From Chitinophagaceae bacterium (GTDB lineage: Bacteria; Bacteroidota; Bacteroidia; Chitinophagales; Chitinophagaceae): a stretch of DNA of 33,880 nt. Both the position numbers and the translations under genes were made by a program. Under the pieces are notes generated by a model, which was given only the letters and a program-made list of their open reading frames with translations, did not search any database and was not told the origin of the DNA. The stretch is from positions 1-33,880 of the forward strand of contig JACMLR010000017.1 in assembly GCA_014379515.1 (NCBI GenBank), in the 5' to 3' direction. Shown one piece after another: positions 27,458-33,880 of the stretch. Position 1 is the stretch's first letter; each line of letters starts with the position of its first letter.

Positions 27458-29443
27458 TTACTCGCTCTCTTCCTCGTGAATTCGTTTAAGTTTCATATCC
27501 GGAACCGGCGAAACAATAAGAGGAAATTTCTCGATCGTAACATTTGACGGATCCAGGCCGAATCCACGTTCTTCCGACAGGCTCCAGTCTTTCAACCAAA
27601 AATGTATTTTCATAATCACCCGCTCAAGAAAAGGCAGGTCATTATCCTGGCTAAGATATTTCTCCATCACGATGAATTGGAAATCACCAACGATATTATT
27701 TCGTTCGAGGCTTTCATAGCGGCTCGTAATATTCACCTCTTTGTTTGCTACAAGGTCGGCAACGACTTTACGGAACATCAGGTTGATCTTTGGTTCCATT
27801 CGGAATCCAAGTCTGAATTCAACCCTGATGATATCATTTGGTATTATATGTTCAACTACATATTCGCTTCTATACGGATCATCCATGGTATCGACATGCA
27901 CAAACCAATAAATATCTGCGCGCTTCGGCTTCTTGTTTAGTATCGAGTAAATGATCTTATGCTCAATCTCTTTCGGATTATTTGCACTCGTCAAATAAAC
28001 AAGATGGGTTGCGTACTTCGGAACGGTTTTATCATTACTCAATTCCTGGATTTGTGGTATGTAATGTTCAAGCCGCACAAACTCCACATACCTGTTTTTG
28101 ATCTTTCTCGCGCGGTACCAGAAATACATCACGATAAACATCATTCCACCGACGATAAAAGTAGCGTAACCTCCGTGCGGGAATTTCTCAATATTGGCTA
28201 CGAAATATGCACCTTCAACGGTAACGTAGACCATCAGGAAAAGCCAGATCCAAAAAGATTTTATACGCCGCGAGATCATGTAATTCGCAAAAAGAATGGT
28301 CGTCATCATCATGGTAACGATAATGGCAAGTCCATATGCAGCCTCCATTCTTGCAGATTCACGAAAAATCAATACGATGCTCGAGCAACCGATAAACATC
28401 ATGATGTTCAACCCACCGATAAATAATTGGCCACGTTCTTCCGACGGATAATTTATTTTCAACTTCGGCCACAAGTTTAATCGCATTGCCTCACTAATGA
28501 GTGTAAAGGAACCAGACACCATCGCCTGGCTTGCAATAACAGCAGCCGCCGTTGCGATCATTACGCCAGGAATAACAAACCATTGCGGCATCAAATCATA
28601 AAAGGCATTAATGCCCAGGTCATCTTTTACGGCAAGCGAAATTTCCTTGCCCTTCAAATTCTTCAACATGAACGCGCCCTGACCGAAATAATTTAACAGC
28701 AGACAGGTTTTCACATAGATCCACGACTTCCGGATATTTTCGCGGCCGCAGTGACCAAGATCACTATAGAGCGCTTCGGCTCCAGTGGTACAAAGGAAAA
28801 CGGCGCCGAGTAGCCAAAAGCCGCCCGGGTATTTGGTAATGAATTGAAGTGCATAGTGGGGACTAAGTGCTTTGAAAATGCTGACATCATCGAACAGGTG
28901 AATCGTTCCGAGAAGCGCAATCATGGTAAACCAAACAAGCATGATCGGTCCAAACATCTTCCCGATTGAATACGTGCCGAATTGCTGCATGAAGAAGAAG
29001 GCCGCAATAATCGCCAACACCGTGTACACAATTGTTTCCTGGCTGAGATCACGCAACGGTTTTAATTCCCGTAAACCTTCAATTGCTGCCGTGATCGTCA
29101 TCGGCGGTGTAATGATTCCATCTGCAAGCAAGGCGGCACCTCCAATAATTGCGGGCATTATCAACCACTTTTTTTGTCGCCTGACCAATGCGTATAATGC
29201 GAAGATTCCGCCCTCCCCCCGGTTGTCGGCACGAAGTACCAACCACACATATTTAATAGTTGTTTGAAGAGTGATCGTCCAGAGTATGCAGGAAAGAGAC
29301 CCGATGATGAGGTTGTCATCGATTACGCGATTTTTTACAATCGCATTGAACACGTAGAGAGGGGATGTACCGATATCACCGTAGATGATTCCTAACGCAA
29401 CCAGTAATCCCGCCGCTGTAACTCTGTTGGTATGTTTGCCCAC
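27458..29443 (-). CDS. kup: KUP/HAK/KT potassium transporter
   Basis: Motifs LGIIYGDIGTSPLY, ADNRGEGG, DGIITP, GAEALYSDLGH, ASQAMVSG and AAYG. GTG start. Confidence 0.96.
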   Translation of the reverse strand: MGKHTNRVTAAGLLVALGIIYGDIGTSPLYVFNAIVKNRVIDDNLIIGSLSCILWTITLQTTIKYVWLVLRADNRGEGGIFALYALVRRQKKWLIMPAIIGGAALLADGIITPPMTITAAIEGLRELKPLRDLSQETIVYTVLAIIAAFFFMQQFGTYSIGKMFGPIMLVWFTMIALLGTIHLFDDVSIFKALSPHYALQFITKYPGGFWLLGAVFLCTTGAEALYSDLGHCGRENIRKSWIYVKTCLLLNYFGQGAFMLKNLKGKEISLAVKDDLGINAFYDLMPQWFVIPGVMIATAAAVIASQAMVSGSFTLISEAMRLNLWPKLKINYPSEERGQLFIGGLNIMMFIGCSSIVLIFRESARMEAAYGLAIIVTMMMTTILFANYMISRRIKSFWIWLFLMVYVTVEGAYFVANIEKFPHGGYATFIVGGMMFIVMYFWYRARKIKNRYVEFVRLEHYIPQIQELSNDKTVPKYATHLVYLTSANNPKEIEHKIIYSILNKKPKRADIYWFVHVDTMDDPYRSEYVVEHIIPNDIIRVEFRLGFRMEPKINLMFRKVVADLVANKEVNITSRYESLERNNIVGDFQFIVMEKYLSQDNDLPFLERVIMKIHFWLKDWSLSEERGFGLDPSNVTIEKFPLIVSPVPDMKLKRIHEEESE

Positions 29444-29480
29444 GTTCTATTTACTTGTAATAGTCATCAAAGGGTTATAA

Positions 29481-29513
29481 CAAAGATAAGCACCGGCTTT
29501 TGACCGATGCAAA
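29481..29513 (-). promoter_or_regulatory. Consensus Bacteroidota promoter TTTG-N21-TATCTTTG for kup
   Basis: On the minus strand, TTTG (29510-29513) and TATCTTTG (29481-29488) with a 21-nt spacer. Confidence 0.7.
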
Positions 29514-29676
29514 TCAAAGGTATAGTTAAAATAATGAAAATGCACTCAATTTATCGACCTTACTATGCATTCCATCGTCTTATATCATCCTTATACAAAC
29601 GTAAAAAAGTATGGAAAGTTTGGGTAGCCGTTTTACAATCCTTAATTTGGCATATAAGATGCTTTCAATATCAATC

Positions 29677-31233
29677 ATGAATGCTAACACTCGTTTCTTT
29701 TTCTCGCGGATACTTCCAGTCTTGTTATTACTGTGCCCCGCGGTCGCCTCTTTCTCCCAAAAAATAACGTATTCAGAAACGGAACGCGACGACAATCGCC
29801 GGACTAATTTTGAAATTATCGGAAAGGTTGGTGGTAATATTCTCGTGTTTAAGAACAACAGGAGTGATAACGACATCAGCGTTTACGATAATAACATGAA
29901 ACTGATTAAACGGGTTGAACAAACAGACCTCGACGAACGATGGATTAATGTCGACTTCGTTAGTTACCCTGAGTTTGCCTGGATGATCTATCAATTCCAG
30001 CGCAAAAACATCATCTATTGCATGGCTGTGAAAATCGATGGTGACGGTAAGCGAATGACGGATCCCGTTGAATTGGATACTACCCGAATCGGTTGGTCTG
30101 CAAACAACAAGATCTACACCACTCTTTTCAGCGATGACAGGTCGAAAATCATGGTGTTCAAAGTGAATAACCGCAACACCAACAATTTCGTTTTTACCAC
30201 GCTCCTTTTTAATAACAAATTAGAACTTCAAAGCAAACATCGGATGAACCTTCCGATGGAAGAGCGCAACGATTTCTTCACCGATTTTTTTGTAGATAAT
30301 GACGGGGACATGGTGTTCGGGAAATTTATTCGTCGCAACGGCGGTGAAACGATTACTGAACTTTTCATGATTACCAAAAAAGCAAATGATGAAGTTTTCC
30401 AGGTTCGGAATGTCAAAACTTCAGATCGGGTGCTGGATGAAGTGAAATTAAAAGTCGACAATAATAACCGACGTTATCTTTTCAGTGCACTTTATTACCG
30501 CCAACGTCGCGGGAATATTGAAGGATTGTATACCGTGATGTTTGATAAAGCAAGTGACAGCGTCAACAAAACGCTTGAACTTCCTTTCAATGACGAAATG
30601 CGTAAACTGGCAAAGGGTCCAGACGCAAATCTTCGAATGGCATTCGACGATTACTACATCACTAATATTATTACCAAGCGCGACGGTGGTTATATAATGA
30701 TCACAGAGGCGATGTATACGACCTCGCGCGGCAATACCTACAACCGTTGGGACTATCGTTATGGTAACAATCCCTGGATGTCTCCAATGGATTATTATTA
30801 CTGGTCGCCCTATTCATTTTCATACAACCCGATCTACTCGCCTTATAACAGGTGGGGAGCAGGCAACACGGGTAGTCGTTATCATTCCGAAAATATCATG
30901 GTAATGTCTTTCGACAAAGAAGGCAAACTGGAATGGAATAGCTCAATCCCCAAAAATCAATACGATGATGATAATGATGGAGTTATCTCTCACCAGGTCT
31001 TAATTACAGGAAGTGAACTACAGGTCTTGTTTAATCTATATGAGCGCCGTACATTGTTGTTGAACAATCAGAGTATTTCGCCTGACGGCAAAATTACAAG
31101 GCATCCAACCCTGAAAAACCTGGACCGTGAGATCGATTTTATGCCGAGGTTTGGCAAACAGGTGAGCGCAAGAGCGTTGGTGCTGCCCTGTTTTTATCGA
31201 AATAGCCTGACTTTTGCTAAAATCGAGTTTTAA
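29677..31233 (+). CDS. Secreted/periplasmic hypothetical protein, beta-rich (possible propeller) with Tyr-rich insert
   Basis: Signal peptide from ATG 29677 (MNANTRFFFSRILPVLLLLCPAVASFSQ), then a long ORF with repeated strand-turn motifs. Confidence 0.75.
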   Translation: MNANTRFFFSRILPVLLLLCPAVASFSQKITYSETERDDNRRTNFEIIGKVGGNILVFKNNRSDNDISVYDNNMKLIKRVEQTDLDERWINVDFVSYPEFAWMIYQFQRKNIIYCMAVKIDGDGKRMTDPVELDTTRIGWSANNKIYTTLFSDDRSKIMVFKVNNRNTNNFVFTTLLFNNKLELQSKHRMNLPMEERNDFFTDFFVDNDGDMVFGKFIRRNGGETITELFMITKKANDEVFQVRNVKTSDRVLDEVKLKVDNNNRRYLFSALYYRQRRGNIEGLYTVMFDKASDSVNKTLELPFNDEMRKLAKGPDANLRMAFDDYYITNIITKRDGGYIMITEAMYTTSRGNTYNRWDYRYGNNPWMSPMDYYYWSPYSFSYNPIYSPYNRWGAGNTGSRYHSENIMVMSFDKEGKLEWNSSIPKNQYDDDNDGVISHQVLITGSELQVLFNLYERRTLLLNNQSISPDGKITRHPTLKNLDREIDFMPRFGKQVSARALVLPCFYRNSLTFAKIEF

Positions 31234-31243
31234 AACAAATGGA

Positions 31244-32221
31244 GTGATAGGTATTTTTCGCCAAAAGAATTCATCTAACGTAATTATCCTGCTGGTTTAT
31301 ACCCTGGCACTCAAATTCAACTTGTTTTTGAAACCGCTCGCACCGCTCGAGCAATCCGACGATAATTACCTTTATCGTGGCCTCGTCAATTTTTTGCAGG
31401 GAATGAATCTCCCGCCGATCTTCTATTCATTTATTGCGTTTATTCTTCTTTTCACGCAGGCAACATTGCTGAATCGCATCTGTAATACGCAAAAGATGCT
31501 GGCGAAGCCGACTTATCTGCCAGCAATGGCCTACATACTTGTCACGTCTTTGATGCCCGCCTGGAATCAGTTTTCGGCCCCGCTTGTGGTCAATTCATTA
31601 CTGATCTGGATCTACTACCGAATGGTGTTACTTTATAACACTCAAAAAGGTTCAAGCGCCATTTTTAATATTGGGGTGATGATGGGCATGGTTACGCTCT
31701 TTTATCAACCAGCAGTGTTGTTTGTACTATTGATCTGGTTCGCACTGTTTATCATGCGCCCCTTTATCATCCGGGAATGGATCATCGGGTTGCTCGGCGT
31801 CACAACACCATACTATTTCCTTGCAATCGTGTTGTTTCTCACCAATCAATGGAGTTGGAAAAAGGTGATGCCTTTAATCGATTTTTCTTTACCAGAAATG
31901 CCTTCTTCCATACTGATAACAATCAGCATTATTTTGTTAGTACTTGGTTTTATCATCGGTGGATTTTACGTTCAGAATAATCTTAGCAAGATGTTGATCC
32001 AGGTACGAAAAAACTGGAGTCTTCTATTGTTATATTTAATAGTCTCGACCTTTATCATCCTTGTCAATGGCAGTAATATTTACGTGAATTGGCTGCTATG
32101 CACTGCGCCTGTTGCGGCATTTCATGCGGCAACTTATTATTATCCTCCCAACCGGATTTTCCCTCTTGTACTCCACTGGAACATCTTCGCGTACGCGATT
32201 TATATCAACTACTGGCAGTAA
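31244..32221 (+). CDS. Polytopic membrane protein (DUF6427-like)
   Basis: About 9-10 TM segments and motif RPFIIREWIIGLLGVTTPYYF. GTG start at 31244. Family name recalled from memory. Confidence 0.65.
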   Translation: MIGIFRQKNSSNVIILLVYTLALKFNLFLKPLAPLEQSDDNYLYRGLVNFLQGMNLPPIFYSFIAFILLFTQATLLNRICNTQKMLAKPTYLPAMAYILVTSLMPAWNQFSAPLVVNSLLIWIYYRMVLLYNTQKGSSAIFNIGVMMGMVTLFYQPAVLFVLLIWFALFIMRPFIIREWIIGLLGVTTPYYFLAIVLFLTNQWSWKKVMPLIDFSLPEMPSSILITISIILLVLGFIIGGFYVQNNLSKMLIQVRKNWSLLLLYLIVSTFIILVNGSNIYVNWLLCTAPVAAFHAATYYYPPNRIFPLVLHWNIFAYAIYINYWQ

Positions 32222-32249
32222 GATTTTTCAGGATTCGGTCATTAAAAAT

Positions 32250-32257
32250 TACCTTTG
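32250..32257 (+). promoter_or_regulatory. -7 box TACCTTTG for purQ
   Basis: Exact TAnnTTTG 25 nt upstream of ATG 32283. Confidence 0.6.
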
Positions 32258-32282
32258 CACTTCCCCATCAAATAAGCAAAAG

Positions 32283-32990
32283 ATGAAATTTGGCGTTGTT
32301 GTTTTTCCAGGTTCAAATTGTGATCGCGATATGCAGGACGCGCTTCAGCACGACCTCAAACAAGAAGTTATCATGCTTTGGCATAAAACCAAAGATCTGA
32401 GTGCATTCAGTCAAGGCGATTGTATCATTTTGCCGGGTGGTTTTTCTTATGGAGATTATTTGCGTTGCGGTGCGATTGCGCGTTTCAGTCCAATGATGCA
32501 AAGTGTGATCGAGTTTGCCAACAATGGAGGGAAAGTGCTTGGGGTTTGTAACGGCTTCCAGATATTATGCGAATCCCAACTTTTACCCGGTGTATTGCTT
32601 CGGAACGGCCATCAGCAGTTTGCCTGCAAAAATGTTTATCTCAAAGGGGACGGATATTCAAAACCGTTGAAAATTCCAATTGCTCATGGTGAGGGCCGGT
32701 ATTACGCAGACGATCAAACGCTGAACGACCTTGAGCGCAACGATCAGATTCTTTTCAGGTATTGCGATGAACAAGGAAATATTACCCCGGAGTCAAATCC
32801 AAACGGAGCAACCAGGAATATCGCCGGAATCCGGAATTTAGCTGGGAATGTCTTCGGAATGATGCCTCATCCAGAGCGGGCTTGCAACCAGGCATTGGGA
32901 AATATCGACGGCCGCTTGATTATGCAACAGCTTATTATGAGTTCGGCACCTGTAAATCCTCGCCCGGTGGCGTCATTGGTAAATATTTAG
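32283..32990 (+). CDS. purQ: Phosphoribosylformylglycinamidine synthase subunit PurQ
   Basis: MKFGVVVFPGSNCDRD, PGGFSYGDYLR, GVCNGFQIL, IAHGEG and GMMPHPER. True start is ATG 32283. Confidence 0.97.
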   Translation: MKFGVVVFPGSNCDRDMQDALQHDLKQEVIMLWHKTKDLSAFSQGDCIILPGGFSYGDYLRCGAIARFSPMMQSVIEFANNGGKVLGVCNGFQILCESQLLPGVLLRNGHQQFACKNVYLKGDGYSKPLKIPIAHGEGRYYADDQTLNDLERNDQILFRYCDEQGNITPESNPNGATRNIAGIRNLAGNVFGMMPHPERACNQALGNIDGRLIMQQLIMSSAPVNPRPVASLVNI

Positions 32991-33055
32991 TGATTTCTTA
33001 AGAGTTTTTGTAAGTTTTTTGATGGTCCTTTACGTTTATACGGATAACATCTATT

Positions 33056-33511
33056 ATGAAACATATTTTTACAATTCTCGCAGTCGTTTTAGTTACCACA
33101 TTTGCATCCGCACAATCGGCCAAACAGGTCAAATGGACATATGTGGCTCAAAAAGTAGCCGATAAAACCTACGAAATACAGATCACAGCGAATCTTAATA
33201 GCAACTGGCATATTTATTCACAGAACGCCGGTGTTGAGGGACCACTTCCTACAGCGTTCACTTTTACAAAAAATCCACTGATTGTTCTTGACGGCAAACC
33301 TGCTGAAGTGGGTAAGGTTATTAAGAAGAATGAAGAAGTGTGGGGCGGTGTTGTAAACTATTATGAGAAGACTGTCAAGTTCGTGCAGAAAGTGAAGATA
33401 AAAGGCAATATCAAAACGAACCTGTCTGGTAAAGTAGCGTTTATTCTTTGTAACGATAATACCTGTCTGCCCCCATCTGAAGTCGATTTCAGTGTGAATA
33501 TTGGCGGATAA
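33056..33511 (+). CDS. Stand-alone DsbD N-terminal (alpha) domain protein
   Basis: Signal peptide, WHIYS motif and C-terminal CNDNTCLPP. Confidence 0.85.
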   Translation: MKHIFTILAVVLVTTFASAQSAKQVKWTYVAQKVADKTYEIQITANLNSNWHIYSQNAGVEGPLPTAFTFTKNPLIVLDGKPAEVGKVIKKNEEVWGGVVNYYEKTVKFVQKVKIKGNIKTNLSGKVAFILCNDNTCLPPSEVDFSVNIGG

Positions 33512-33539
33512 TAAAATAATACGAGAACATATTTTTATT

Positions 33540-33573
33540 GAAACGAGTTTCTTTGCATGAAGAAACTCGTTTC
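33540..33573 (+). terminator. 14-bp hairpin (terminator or stabilising/attenuating stem)
   Basis: GAAACGAGTTTCTT-tgcatg-AAGAAACTCGTTTC followed by TCTTTT. Confidence 0.65.
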
Positions 33574-33602
33574 TCTTTTACCTCATACTAACATTATTTC
33601 CG

Positions 33603-33880
33603 GTGAACTTATTTCTACGAATCCTGCTTTTTTTGTTTGTGTCATTGCCATTTCTAACCCAGGCGCAAGACACGACCGCAAAGGTGAAATGGTCATTTAG
33701 CATTGAAAAAAAATCCGGCAATACTTATACTATAACTGCCAGCGGGGAAATTGAAAAGGATTGGGGTTTGTTTTCGATTGCCATGGCGGATGATATGCCA
33801 AATACGCGACTGGCTCTTGATAGCGGAAGCGCTTCGATTAAGTCGGTGAGTGAACCATCCAGTCCGATTAAAGAATCAAA
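33603..33880 (+). CDS. 5' part of probable thiol:disulfide interchange protein DsbD (truncated by window end)
   Basis: GTG start, open to the window end: VNLFLRILLFLFVSLPFLTQAQDTTAKVKWSFSIEKKSGNTYTITASGEIEKDWGLFS. It resembles the N-terminus of the upstream DsbD-alpha protein. Confidence 0.65.
   Translation, partial: MNLFLRILLFLFVSLPFLTQAQDTTAKVKWSFSIEKKSGNTYTITASGEIEKDWGLFSIAMADDMPNTRLALDSGSASIKSVSEPSSPIKES

Noticed and set aside
32112-32282. N-terminal extension of the purQ ORF
   Set aside because: Overlaps the upstream gene. The canonical PurQ start and a -7 box support ATG 32283.
1-33880. CRISPR arrays, tRNA/rRNA, IS elements, integrases, frameshifted pseudogenes
   Set aside because: None seen by eye and the major ORFs look full length. 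tRNAscan, Infernal and a self-dotplot would confirm.

Overview
33.9-kb chromosomal segment from a Bacteroidota bacterium, probably Chitinophagaceae-like. This is inferred from a T9SS type-B (gliding-motility/CHU_C) cargo gene, TAnnTTTG -7 promoter boxes, a mitochondrial-type aconitase and the gene content. It is mostly housekeeping and stress genes: bestrophin, type IB topoisomerase, aconitase, PspC, TIGR01777 protein, an ABC pair, a metzincin peptidase, FadN, a hybrid kinase, MetG, two S66 LD-carboxypeptidases, katA-oxyR, an XRE pair, two alpha/beta hydrolases, Kup, PurQ and DsbD-related genes. I saw no mobile element, CRISPR array, tRNA or rRNA. The most novel-looking element is an ECF sigma factor overlapping a gene with an anti-sigma-like N-terminus, one TM helix, a linker carrying glycosylation sequons and a TlpA/thioredoxin CxxC domain. 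This could be a thiol-redox-sensing ECF system. Its candidate promoter (CCCAACCTT...GT) recurs upstream of the Cys-rich T9SS cargo gene. A highly structured intergenic element upstream of the topoisomerase IB gene is a second candidate. All family assignments come from motif recognition, not database searches.
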